From assembly GCF_004010195.1 (NCBI RefSeq), contig NC_057711.1, forward strand, positions 80,934,420 through 80,998,419: 64,000 nucleotides of DNA, given 5' to 3'. Of this stretch, positions 25,101 to 37,289 are shown piece after piece (within the stretch, counting starts at the first letter, position 1; every line of letters starts with the position of its first letter). The notes below the pieces were generated by a model. The model was not told where the DNA came from, did no database searches, and was given only the letters and a program-made list of their open reading frames with translations. Both the position numbers and the translations under genes were made by a program. The DNA comes from Chiloscyllium plagiosum (taxonomy: Eukaryota).

Positions 25101-26430
25101 GTCTTATGGTCTTATGGTCTTATGGCCTTAAAATACTCATTTAGTATCTCCCCCATCTCCTGCGGCTCTGATCTTTGAGGGGCTCTATTCTCTCCCTAGT
25201 TACCCTTTTGTCCTAAATGTATTTGTAAAACCCTTTGGATCCTCCTTAAACCTATTTGCCAAAGCCAGCTCACGTCCCCTTTTCGCCCTCCTGATTTCCC
25301 TCTTAATTATACTCCTATTGCCTCTATAGTCTTCTAAGGATTGACTCAATCTATTCTGTCTATACCTGACATATGCTTCCCTCATTTTCTGAAGCAAACC
25401 CTCAATTTCTTTAGTCATCCAACATTCTCTACACCTACCAGCCTTTCTTTTCACCCTAACAGGAATATATTGTCCCTTTACCTGCGAACATCTGCCCCCA
25501 ATCAGCTTTTGAAAGTTCTTGCCTAATACCATCAAAATTAACCTTCTTCTAATTTAGAACTTCAACTTTTAGATCTTGTCTTTCCTTTCCCATTAGTATT
25601 TTATTACTATTAGAATTATGGTCGCTGGTCCCAAAGCGCTCCCCCACTAACACCTCAGTCACTTGCCCTGCCTTATTTCCCAAAATTAGGTCAGGTTTTG
25701 CGCCTTCTCTAGCGGGTACATCCACATACTGACTCAGAAAATTTTCTTGTACACATTTAACAAATTCCTCTCCATCTAAACGCTTAACACGATGGCAGTC
25801 ACAGTCTATGTTTGGAAAGTTAAAATCCCCTACCATTACCACCCTATTATTCTTACAGATAACTGAAATCTCTTTACAAATTTCTCAATTTCCCTCTGAC
25901 TATTGGGGGGCTATAATACAATCCCAATAAGGTGACCATCTCTTCCCTTATCTAAAACGCCACTCACCTCCTCCCTTGCTGCCCTTTCTATCCTTCCTGT
26001 AGCATTTGTATCTTGGAACATTAAGCTGCCAGTCCTGTCCATCCCTGAGCCATGTTTCTGTAATTGCTATGATATCCCAGTCCCATGTTTCTAACCATGC
26101 CCTGTGTTCATCTGCCTTCCCTGTTAGGCCTCTTGCATTGAAATAAATGCAGTTTAATTTATCAGTCCGACCTTGTTCTCTGTTTTGTCCCTGCCTGCCC
26201 TGACTGTTTTACTCACTTCTTTTCTCAACTGTACCAGTCTCAGATTTATCTCTTTCCTCACTATCTCCCTGGGTCCCCGCTCCCCTCTGCCCCCACCCGA
26301 CACTACTAGTTTAAATCCCTTCTAGAGCCTCACACAAATCTCCCTGCCAGTATATTCATCCCTTTCTAATTCAGGTGTAATCCATCCTTCTTGTACAGGT
26401 CACTTATAGCCCAGAAGAGATTCCAATTAA
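22195..26430 (-). mobile_element. Long CR1 LINE (end of ORF1, APE endonuclease and RT; decayed), interrupted at 23852-25129
   Basis: MVGDFNFPNID, SDHN, PGPNQVYPRTL, SQHGF..KSCLMNL, GVSQGLVLGP, FADDTK. Confidence 0.95.
23852..25129 (+). mobile_element. Different CR1 family inserted antisense into the CR1 above
   Basis: TSD aaaat (23847-23851, 25130-25134); RT motifs YLDFQK.FDKVPH, PQGSVL, FADDTK; (cttatggt)n tail. Confidence 0.95.
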
Positions 26431-26659
26431 CCAAAGATTTTTCCATACACCAACTCTTCAGCCAATATTGATGCTTTTTAGCAGGCACTGGAGAAATATT
26501 TGAGAGAGAATAGCCTCTCTTAAAAATGTATTAGCATTATTTTAGAAGGTAACAGGATGCATGTGTGAGTGTGAGTGTGTGTGTGTCTGTGTCTAAAATC
26601 AGTCTAAACATTAAGGCACAGACAACAGCACACAGGGGGCTAACACCTTCAACACATCG

Positions 26660-26982
26660 TGGGCGGCACGGTGGCACAGTGGTTAGCACTGCTGCCTCAC
26701 AGCGCCAGAGACCCGGGTTCAATTCCCGCCTCAGGTGACTGACTGTGTGGAGTTTGCACATTCTCCCCGTGTCTGCGTGGGTTTCCTCCGGGTGCTCCGG
26801 TTTCCTCCCACAGTCCAAAGATGTGCAGGTTAGGTGAATTGGCCATGCTAAATTGCCCGTAGTGTTAGGTAAGGGGTAAATGTAGGGGAATGGGTCTGGG
26901 TGGGTTGTGCTTCGGCGGGTCGGTGTGGACTTGTTGGGCCAAAGGGCCTGTTTCCACACTGTAATCTAATCTAATCTAATCT
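26660..26982 (+). mobile_element. Young full-length HE1 SINE
   Basis: gggcggcacggtggcacagtggttagc A-box, ggttcaattcc B-box, (taatc)n tail. Confidence 0.95.
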
Positions 26983-27205
26983 TAACATTTTCTGAGCTGA
27001 CACCAATTTTAAAGTTAACCTGAGAATGTAACTTTTCAAAAAAGTTTTGTGATGTACATATGAAAGAAGTGAAACCAACATGGTCATTCTAACAAATGAG
27101 AAACTTAACAAACAATCAAGGTATTTTTCAATGTATAATTTCAGTTACATCACACTGTAAACTTTTGCTATAAATTCTGTGTCTTACAATTTTGTACTCC
27201 ACAAC

Positions 27206-27240
27206 CACCTGATGAAGGAGCAGTGCTCCGAAAGTTAGTG
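27206..27240 (+). ncRNA. Minimal hammerhead ribozyme motif
   Basis: cac-CTGATGA-A-GGAGC-agt-GCTCC-GAAA-GTTA-gtg; stem I cac/gtg; sister copy shows palindromic AGCT. Confidence 0.7.
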
Positions 27241-28381
27241 CTTCCAATTAAACCTGTTGGACTATCAAATGGTGTTGTGTGATTTTGAACTTTATCCACC
27301 CCAGTCCAACACCAGCATTTCCCAATCCATTCTTATGAGCATTGTACTGCTTGGTTTGCCACTGCTTTCTGCAGGATGACTGAACAGAAAGTGTCCAGCT
27401 CTTACTGTTTGTCTTCAGGCATATCAGGAACTCACTTCTTAATGCATTATGGGCTTACCTAAATGAAAGTGATTGAATCGTTTAGGAAGACAACTCATCA
27501 TACTTTCTCAAAGACAGCTAAGGATGGGCAATAAATGCTGGCCCAGTCAATGGTGTCCATGTTCCACGTATGAATTATAAATAATTGGAAGGACCTACAG
27601 ATCGGTGACCGTTTGGGCATGTTATAGATGAACCTTCTTCTATGTCCAATAAGTCCTTGTTTGAGACTTGTACGTGGAGTTTCTGGCCCAGATGGAGGAA
27701 TGCTACCATTGTATCACCAGACCTTCTATAAAAGGGGTGTTCTAAAACTGAGTAGCAAAGTGCATGAACAGATTATTGTAAAGTAAAGATATTTTCTTCC
27801 CAGGTCAAGCCAAAATTTTGCTGGCTAGTTTATTTCGAGTTCTGACCTTCTTTGTAACTTTCAGAAGTTGATTCTTGTAGGTTCAGGTCTATTGAGGCTG
27901 ATGCCCAGTAAACAAGGTAAGTGTGATTGACAATTTACATGAAATTGAGTTCACAACAGCTACAATCATTGTACAAGTCCAAGACAAAGGATACAGTCTT
28001 TGTGAGACATGATTGATTAAGCTACTAAGGTTGCACTTGATCCTAGGTTTTGTATCATTTGAATGTGTAAAAGTAACTTTCTTGAGTAGCAAAATCACTG
28101 TCAACACCATGCAAAATTTCTTGAGCTGACCACAGGTAGGTTGCTTATGAAAAGATTAAAAAAATTGGTGCTAGAACAGATTTCTGAGGGCAGTGTTAAT
28201 TTGGCATTTGAATGAAATTGGTGTAGATATGTGTAGACTGAAATATTGACCATCAAAATCAGTCAAACTATAATATGCAGAAATCTTTATATTTGTATTA
28301 GGAGATTGTGACATAGACTGTTCTTAGATTAAGGATGACAACAGTGGTTTTAAGATAGGTCTTAAAATCACTTAAAGTGAA

Positions 28382-28723
28382 GGAGAAAATCATTGCAGAT
28401 GCTTGTATCTGTCTGAAAACAACAATGCTGAAGATCACAATGGGTCAGACAGCATCCCTGGAGAGAAAGCAAGCTAACGTTTCGAGTCTAACTGACTCTT
28501 CATCAGACTGAAGTGAAATGTGGAGGGGATAGCATTTATCCTATTTTTCTTTTGGGGGGGGGGACGTTGGGGGGATGGTGGGTATAGGGTGCTTTGAGAA
28601 AAGATGTTGATAGTTCAGGTTAAGTGGTCAGAATGTGAGAATGGCTGAATAATGGTGTGTCTCCTGCCAGACTTGAAAGGACAGACAGTGGGACTCCGCT
28701 GTGACCTCCAGTATTGGCTGTTT
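28382..28723 (-). mobile_element. Penelope pLTR insertion with a short inverted copy (28694-28725)
   Basis: Imperfect 14-bp TSD tcacttaaagtgaa/tcactttcagtgaa; contains a hammerhead. Confidence 0.75.
28472..28510 (-). ncRNA. Minimal hammerhead ribozyme motif
   Basis: Minus strand CTGATGA-A-GAGTC-agtta-GACTC-GAAA-C-GTT-agct. Confidence 0.7.
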
Positions 28724-30959
28724 TCACTTTCAGTGAATATGGTCTGGACAAGTGTTAATCACAATGTGTTACAGCTATGACAAGACCCATGAAATGTTAC
28801 GTCAGGTTGATTACTGAAATATTACGTCAGATTGGAAACAGTTTGGTGATGGAGGAGTAGTCAGATTGAGTCTGGGGATAGTTGGGGATAACTAAGGGTA
28901 GGGTAGCCAGACAACGGGAGCCAAATGGATCTGGTCTGTCATTTTGTTTGATACTGGAAAAAGGTGCTCATGGGGGCAGGGGTGTGGTGGTTGGTGATTG
29001 TATGTTTTGATTTTGTTGCTCAGTCGAGTTACTTGATTATGGGAGGAGCTATCAACCTGCTTAACATTTCCAGGGAATGTACATTGGTAAGTGCCCTGCA
29101 ACTAGCCCAAGTCTCCACTCTGAACTCAGCTTTGGAAACCTTCACAGATCTTCACAGGAAGCAGGAAATCATTGGAAGTTTAAATTTCCTGGGCAATTCT
29201 ACAAATGTCTGTGTATCAGAATGTCTATGCATCTCCCAGTCCCAGTGCATGTCTCACCTTTGATGATTTGGAGAGAGGAAGGTTTGGGCTACTATTTGAC
29301 ATTTATACATCAATGTTCAACTTCTGTTCTATGTTTTGGTTGCCTAAGTACCTCATGTATATCAGGAGCAACTGCCAGTTGGCATATTTTAACTGCTATT
29401 TCCCTTGAAGATATATTGTATTGTAATTAACACTCCACCATATAAAATCACAACTTCAAGTGAAACGCAGCAAACCTGTGTACTTGCCAAAATGAAAAAT
29501 GGTAAGAAGTATCCAGTTGTGTGCTTAATGCCTCTGTTTTTTTATAGCAGTGCTTGCTTGGCAGTCTTTATGAATAAATTATTGGAACAGTCAATCATCG
29601 CCATGCATTGTATGCCATTATGCATAGCTTTGAGGAGTTGAAATGCAGTTCTTCTGATCTGTACCAAGCATCTTCCAGAGAGTGTGGCAGATACATAAGC
29701 CTCCATCAGCCCCAAAATGCTAATGACACAAACACTCAGACTTGTAGTGTGTTGGCTCAACTACAGTCACAGATTTGGAAGAGACAAAGAGGCTGTGTTG
29801 TGCCATGGAATTAATTTTCTTGTTTACTTCCTTTAGTAACAAGAGCACAATCGGCACTCACACCATCAAATACGATTGCTGAGTTGTTGACAGAATAGGG
29901 CTGGCAGCGGCCAGCTTACCAAATGAAATACTGGTCCCTTCTAATATGTCCCTGATATTTTCAGCCAATTTTGGCTTGCTTGGAAAAACAGGGAGATAAT
30001 TAGCATGAAGTCCCAAAACACAATTTGATGAAATGTAGTGTTTTATGTTAGTAATTGTGAGTCAACATCTGTTCAAATATAAACAGAAAAGAGCTGACAA
30101 AAATTGTCAATCAGAAAGCAGTTTTGAAGAGAAAACAGATATACAACAACTGGCATTCATATAAAGCTGGATTTTATATTGTCAAGTCAAATGCACTGCC
30201 CCCACTTTGATGCAAAAATCATCATCCTGTCTTGTCTGCAGTAATATCGAATGTGGGTTGGCACCAAAATCAACAACATGTCAGCCATTTCAAAAATCTA
30301 ATTATTGAGCAATTCAGCTTGTTAACAAAGCAACAGATTCACTTTACACTATAATAAAAGCAACACAGACTTTAAGCAGCACGCTCCATTTAAAATTAAA
30401 AAAAATTAGGTAGATTCATGTCCAATATGAAGAGCTTGTGCAAACGTGGATTAAAAAAGATAGTAGGTGCGACCTTAGCTAACATCACAGTAGGAAAAGC
30501 TAATGCAGCTTGAAGCATTTGCCTATGTTTGCACATTTCTCTGAGAATGCCATAACGACAGACACAGCTATAAAAACATCAGAGAACCACAGTAGAGCAG
30601 TAAGAGTCCTCTGTCCCTCATGGGGACAATGCAATCTGAAGACACTCATCCTTCAGTGAAGAAGCTTGGAGAAGGGGACAGAGGAAGACAGCTATCCAGA
30701 AACAAGTGTAGTCCAGGTTGGTAAAGGACCTTCCACTGCATAAGGATCTGTAGAAGAGAGACAACAGGATCCAGATGGAAATACCAGTAAAAAGAAAGCA
30801 GTAATGCTCAGAAATGAACATGCTAAGATATTTGGTCTTATAATTTGAAATGTACAAGATTAGTCAGAGCAGTTTGTGTCATTTGCAGGTCTTAATGGCT
30901 TTTCCTCTGGGCAGACAGGCAGAGACAGCAGAAGATGCAATCCTGCCAACTGAGTGTAC

Positions 30960-31470
30960 AGGCCAGAAATGTCATAGTGCCAAAGCTTTCAAAGCTCTCC
31001 AGGAGATAGTGACATTCCCCTGTAACACATTGGCTGTGAGATTATTTCTAACTGTGTTGGTGGCCTCCTGTGGCTGTTGCTTTGAAGGTAACTCTGGACT
31101 TGAGTTTTTTTTTTATACCAGGGTCATTCCGGCAACAACCATATATCAAAGTAAAGACAACTTCAATGTTCCAGCAAGGCAATGAGCTCATCACATTCAG
31201 TGCACAATATGCCAGTTAAGCCAAAAGTGATACAGGTTTTTCATGTCTTACTGGAAAATTCCAGAGGTCATGGATTGCATGCAATTGACCATTGAAGCTT
31301 TACTGGGGCAACAAGAGGCATTTGAGAACGGAAACACTTTACATTTCATTAACTTGCAACCCGTGTGTATGCAAAGTCACATTACCATTTAGATGTTTGC
31401 CTGCTGCCCTGAGACTAGTCATTGCTCTGCCATAATTAGACATTCCCAGCTGCCAGCAACATCCATTGAC
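30960..31470 (+). pseudogene. Fossil PIF/Harbinger (HARBI1-like) DDE transposase fragment
   Basis: ..GFSCLTG..VMDCMQLTIEA..FENGNTLHFINLQPVC..FACCPETSH..AIIRHS, collinear with the Harbinger motifs IDCTH, NRKG.HS.N.Q.VCD and PGS.HD. Confidence 0.6.
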
Positions 31471-31489
31471 CAGAGATGTCGCATCTCTT

Positions 31490-31945
31490 AAATTTACTCT
31501 ATCATGTAATATGGGCATCATTGGCTCAGTTGGCATTTGTTGCCCATCCATAATCCACATGACTATCCTGATTCATGTAAATGAACTGTTGCAGTTCATG
31601 TGTTGTAGGTACATTAGGAAGGGAGTTCCAGGATTTTTACCCAGCAACAGTGAAGGAATGGCAATATAGTTCCAAATCAGACGGTGCGTGTCTTGGAGAG
31701 GAAACTGATAGGCATCTGCTGCTCTTATCTTTCTAGATGTAAGAATCACAATTTGGAAGTTGCAGTTCAATGAGCCTTGTTGCGTTACTGCAGTGTATTT
31801 TGTAATTGGTATACACTGCTACCATTGTGTATCAATGTAGGGAGTGAATTTTGAAGGTGGGTGAGGTGCCAAACAAGCAGGATGTTTTGCCCAAGATGTT
31901 GACTAGCTATGTCCATCCAGGAAAATGGAGAGTATTCCATTATAG
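31490..31945 (-). mobile_element. Second LINE family 3' fragment
   Basis: gttggcatttgttgcccatcc tail and gggagttccaggatttt segment, reverse of 62400-62880. Confidence 0.7.
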
Positions 31946-32309
31946 AAGGACCATAGAAAGACAGAAGTCTTATGGTACAGAAGGAGACAATTTGGCCTAT
32001 TTTACCAGACCAGCTCTTCAACTTTGCATCACTAGCTAATATCAATCTCCCACATTTCCTCATACCCTTGTATATTATTTTAATTAAAATAATTTCCCAA
32101 TGTCCTCCATATTTCCAGGCAGTGCATTCCATACCCCAATTGGTCACAAAGTGAAGAAGAACAACAATGTCTTTCAAAGGCTCTATGGACATACTAGGTT
32201 GATTTCTAGGTTTCATAAGATATCTGCACTACAACTGGCTCACAAAACCTCTTAAAAGTCCTCCGACTGCAGCTGAGGATTGTGTTAGATTTTGGAGGTT
32301 CATGACAAC

Positions 32310-33016
32310 TGTTATGAAGATGTGGGTATACTGTAACTTTAAGAGAATTAAAAGCAACAGAACTACCCAACAGAAACAAGTGTTCTGATAAGAACTGTAA
32401 TGTAAATTTGGTGGAACAACTTGATTAGCTGGTTGTCTGGAAATGACAAAACAGATTTGAATTAGGCCAATCAGTTTAAATTATACCATGAAAAATACCA
32501 AACACCAATCCAGTTTGAATTGAGTATATTGACAATCGTAAAAGCCAATGACATAATCCGATGCTTTGAGAGTAAAAGGCTGAGGCTAATTGAACAGTTG
32601 AGAGGAGAACTGCTAAGCCCCAGCATGTAAAATGACTGCCGAAAAATAGCACTCTTAAAGGTACCTTTAGCAATCAGTAACCTGTGAAGCAGAAATCCCT
32701 AAGAAGAAGAAAAGAAGACTGGAATTCAGAGAAAACAAACACTAACTGGTTTTGAGATCAGAAGAATTGTTTTGTAAGTCATAATCAAGAGTCATATTGG
32801 ACTAATATTATAGAATGGAAGGTAACAGTAGTTTAGAGTAAGGAATTATAAATAGTTGTTATACTTTAAGAAATAAAGTTGTTAATTTTTACTTTGACTC
32901 ATTTTTGGCCTATCGAATTTTCACATCCAGAGTTTTCACAGATTACTGCATGGGATAGATCTTTTCTGTGTTGCTGGTTTTAAATTAAGCAAGAAAGTTT
33001 ACCCCGTGTCATAACA
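32310..33016 (+). mobile_element. Solo LTR (probably Gypsy/Ty3-type)
   Basis: TGTTATGA...TCATAACA perfect 8-bp terminal inverted repeat; 4-bp TSD CAAC (32306-32309, 33017-33020); internal AATAAA. Confidence 0.85.
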
Positions 33017-33774
33017 CAACAGTCACCTAATGTAAGCAGTTGACCATTTGAGAGGAATTTTTAGATAATCTTTATGTTTGTTTAGAAGCAGCAGTTTAGC
33101 AATGATACATTAGTTAATTATAATCAAAGAAAGTATACAATCCATGAGATTTGAGGATGGATCACCAAAATCAGAGTACAAACAGACAGTGTTATGGAAT
33201 GTGTCAAGCCCATTGAAATTGTGAAGGCAGCATCCTGGTGAAATGTTAGGAATCTCTTTCCAGTGCCTTTGCTCAATCTCCTCTGGTCCATCACAAAAGA
33301 TGTAGGAGGGTCAATAGCTCATTCAGCTCATCCAGTCAGCTCCACTATTCAGTAAGATTATGGCTAATCTAATAACCTTCAATTTTATTTCATCTGAAGA
33401 AGACAACTCCCGTTTGAGGATTGACCCCTATAAGAACTTCCTGACAAGAGCTGATCTCTGACCCTGGGCACTTGCTGGTGTACCATATTCTTAGAAGTTG
33501 ACAAGTTTACAAGTTGTTTGAATTCTTCTAGCCAATGGGTACAGGATAACTATTTATAATATCATTTCATTTTCCAATTACCTACCTTCATCTGGAGGTT
33601 AATTTTCTTTCTTTTAGGGAACAATGTATTTATTTGCCTAAACACTGCATTAATATTAGGCTACATATGTCATGCACCAAAGTAATGGTGAGTTTTGAAA
33701 TTACCTAATCTTTTGCTAACTGGAAAGCATAGAAAAGGTTTCAGAACTTGCATTCACTTGCTGTCTTATTTAGA

Positions 33775-34100
33775 AATAGAGTCATAGAACTATAGAGATG
33801 TACAGCACCAAAACAAACCTTAGATCCAACTCGTCCATGCCGACCCGATATCCTAAACTAACCTTGTCCCATTTGCCAGCACTTGGTCCATCCAGATGCC
33901 TTTTAAATGCTGTAATTATACCAGCTTCCACCACTTACTCTGACAGCTCATTCCATACACGCACCACCCTTTGAGTGAAAACGTTTCCCCTTAGGTTCCT
34001 TGTACATCTTTCCCCTCTAACCCTAAACCTATGCCCTCTAGTTCTGGACTCCCCCATTTCTTATCTATCTATCCTATCCATGCCCCTCATGATTTATAAA
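33775..34100 (-). mobile_element. CR1 3' fragment
   Basis: Same family as 2393-2876, with small deletions. Confidence 0.9.
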
Positions 34101-35179
34101 CCCACAAAACTGAGCATCCCAATGATGGGAAACTCATAGATTAAACTTCAGACAAAAGTTTCATTTCAAAGAACTGACATGTCTAATTTGTTTCAGGAAG
34201 CTTTTCTTAGCTTTGAGAAACCTTTGCCCAATGTTAATAAACAACTCATGTTATCCTTACTAGAATTTGAGCCCCGAGCACTGTTAACACAAAGAAAAGT
34301 AATTTAACAGGTATTTTGAAGCAAAGTTTTCTTACATTATGTAATGCATTACCACAGGTATTTCTTGAATATGATCCAAATCAATCAGGAGACATAAAAA
34401 GAAATAGGTTAACATTTGATACAGAAAGGAATTTGAGAATTTGTGGAAAAAGGTATGGAATTGAGATTAGTGTTGAGCTGATGTGGGAGGTTTAACAACA
34501 TTGCAGATATAATGGATTGAATAACCTCCCTCTAGTTATGTAATATCATTAATTTGGAATATCATTTATCACAGTTTGAGATCATCACTACATTGCTTTA
34601 ACATGCTGGTAACAACCTTTCCCCTCTAATAGAGCTTGATTACTAAAGAAAAAAATTTCTTTGTAAAGAGTCTTCCATGGCTTCAGGTCTTCAAAATACT
34701 TTGCAACTAATTAAATACCTTTGAAGTGAAACCATTATTATTATTATAAGGTGGGAAAACAGTAGCTTTCATGACAGTGGGTAAAATATGTACCATCAAT
34801 TTTTGACTTCTGTCAACTGGTTTTAATGTCTGGGTCTTTAATGGATTGCAATAATTTTAGAAGGAAAGACACTCACTTAAAAATGGCTGCAGTGATCATC
34901 TGATCAAAGTTGAAACCATTGTGGAATAAATGAAATCATCAGAACTGAAATTAAATCATTTTTCTTTGATATAAAAAACAACCTGAAGCTAATCAGGTGT
35001 GAAGAAACTTGTGTCTCCTATTTTTAATTTACACCTCTGGGTTACGTTTCACATATTGGAGATGAAAGCTTGCAATTATCCAGTTTGGAAAGACCCCAGT
35101 AACAGGAATACATAATGAGCTGTATTTCAAGCAACAGCTTTGGCAGATCATTGGAAATGAAATAGAGGTCCTGGAATAT

Positions 35180-35484
35180 TCTCTCTCTTGTTCTCTCTTT
35201 CTGTTTCTCTTTTACTGTTTCTCCCTCATTTTCTCTCTTCTTTTATCACTTTCTCATTTTCTCTCTTTTTTTATCGCTTTCTCATTTTGTCTCTTCCTTT
35301 CACAATTTTTCGCCTTTATCTTTCTCCCTCTGAATCTCTCTCTTTCTGTCCATCTCTTCAATTCTCTGTCTTTGTCTCTTTTTCTCCTTCATTTTCCTCC
35401 CTTGTTTTTTTCTCTCTCTTTCTTTTTCTCTCTTTCTCCCTCTCTTCCAGTATCTCTCTCTCTCTCTCACACTCACTCACACAC
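35180..35484. repeat. Polypyrimidine (CT-rich) low-complexity tract
   Basis: About 300 bp almost entirely C/T. Confidence 0.9.
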
Positions 35485-35816
35485 TTATTCAGGAAGGATA
35501 AAGTGACCATGACACAAAGTGGAGAAACATCTGAACACTGAGAACTCAAAAAAATTTGCAATATCCCTTCTGACCCATAATACTAAATATAACCGTTGTC
35601 TCAGGATAACACAGTACACTTGCAGAATACCTTCAAACTGAATTCCAATTATTTTTCTTTTTGTGTTACACATGATCTTTTTTAACATTGTACTTTACAT
35701 TTGATCTCATTTTTAACTTTGTATTTTGCTACTTTGTACACAAAACCCTTCATTTGTGTGTGTGTTTGATGGTGCATCTTGATTATTTTTCTTGGGGTCA
35801 GTAAGTAATAAAATTC

Positions 35817-35952
35817 TAAACAAAAAACTGAAAGAACTGTGAATGTTACAAATTGGAAACAAAAATAGAAATTGCTGGAAAATCTCAGCAGGTCTGGCAG
35901 CAACTGTGGAGAGAAAGTACAGTTTGGGTCCAGTGACCCTTCTTCAGAAAAC
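35817..35952 (-). mobile_element. Penelope pLTR mini-insertion with degenerate hammerhead
   Basis: 8-bp TSD taaaattc (35809-35816, 35953-35960); minus strand CTGAAGA-A-GGGTC-actg-GACCC. Confidence 0.8.
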
Positions 35953-36289
35953 TAAAATTCCTCTTTCTTCAATGCAGCAAAACCTTGCAATTGTTTCCAA
36001 TTTTTGCTTCTAGTGAACTGGCCAACTATATTTTAATTGGAGTTGTTATAGCTGCATTCTCAAAAAGGACATTAAATCTTTGTTAAAGCAACCAAGGAGG
36101 CTGAAAAGGCAAAGTCAATTCAACCTTCCTCACCTGGGCTACATTCTTTCCAACTTCTGCTGCTGCTGCTGGACAGACCTCTGAGCAGACCCAGTGAACC
36201 TGATCATAATATAGCTGACTTTTGAATGGTGAGCTTTCACAAATTGCAATAGGAAAACGACCAGCTAATTCACTTCAGATGTTGAATGT

Positions 36290-36515
36290 GGGAAAATATT
36301 AGTGAGGACACCAAGGTCAACCCATCTGCTCTTCTTGAAAATTGTGCCAGGGGATCTTTTATTGCCATCTGAGAGGACAGATGGTTTCATTTCTCATCTG
36401 CAATATGGCACCTTTGACAGTAAAGCACTCCCTTGGTATTGCAATGATGTATAGATTTTTGTGTTGCTGGCTCTGAAGTGAGCTTTCTCAGATGAAAGTG
36501 TTACCAACTGAAAAC
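36290..36515 (-). mobile_element. Decayed DeuSINE (SacSINE1-like)
   Basis: ctgctcttcttgaaaattgtgccaggggatctttt resembles the reverse complement of the Deu core AAAAGATCCCATGGCAC, followed by ggcacc..gacag..gcactccct and a tRNA-like head. Confidence 0.65.
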
Positions 36516-36742
36516 TAGGACAATGTATTTGTTTTGATATATCTAACATTAGGTACAAAGCCACATATGATGGAGACATTGAGTTACTAAACATTCCTAC
36601 ATGGATAATTCAATAAAGTATTTCTTATATTTTGCCAGATATTGAAATTCCTTTTACATTACAAACATCCTCGTCATCAGTTAATCCTGGATTCGAGGGT
36701 GACATAAACTCAGAGTCATATTTTTAATCTGGGCTTTCATGT

Positions 36743-37037
36743 TTAGATTACTTACAGTATGGAAACAGGCCCATCGGCCCAACTAGTCCACACCGACCTG
36801 CTGAAGCGCAACCCACCCAGACCCATTCCCCTACATTTACCCCTTCACCGAACACTATTTAGCATGGCCAATTTACCTGACCTGCACATTTTTTGGACTG
36901 TGGGAGGAAACTGGAGCACCCAGAGGAAACACGGGGAGAATGTGCAAACTTCGCACAGCCAGTCACCTGAGGTGGGAATCAAACCCGGGTCTCTGGCGCT
37001 GTGAGGCAGCAGTGCTAACTACTGTGCCACCGTGCTG
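36743..37037 (-). mobile_element. HE1 SINE
   Basis: Reverse HE1 from tail to head. Confidence 0.95.
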
Positions 37038-37289
37038 TGACTGAAGAGATTTGGGGATTTTCATTTCCATCAGCATATTGAGCAGGATGTCACATGTGGA
37101 AGTGAGACCCAGAGGGGAGAATTTGCTCCTGTTTCTCTCCTTCACTGCCATCACTCTACCTTGTCATTCAGACATTATGATTCGTCATGATGCCACCATT
37201 TTGAACCATTGGCAGCAGTAGGCTCCTTCCAGTCATTAATCTTTATGTGACTGCACATTTCAAGGAGAATTGCAGGGTGTCCATGAATT

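Larger units (their letters stand above)
26595..27325 (+). mobile_element. Penelope-type 3' region/pLTR (AGCT family), interrupted by HE1
   Basis: Ends in hammerhead motif plus aaacctgttggactat..ccaccccagtccaacacc; second copy at 4776-4880. 5' extent is tentative. Confidence 0.65.

Noticed and set aside
26660..26735. tRNA gene-like A/B boxes
   Set aside because: SINE heads continuing into HE1 core and tail, not tRNA genes
26537..26959. ORFs such as DCGRKPEHPEETHADTGRMCKLH (also 1534, 21065, 36759, 51081, 53532)
   Set aside because: Antisense translations of HE1 SINEs
35188..35561. Phe/Leu/Ser-rich and Glu/Lys/Arg-rich ORFs
   Set aside because: Translation of a CT-rich low-complexity tract
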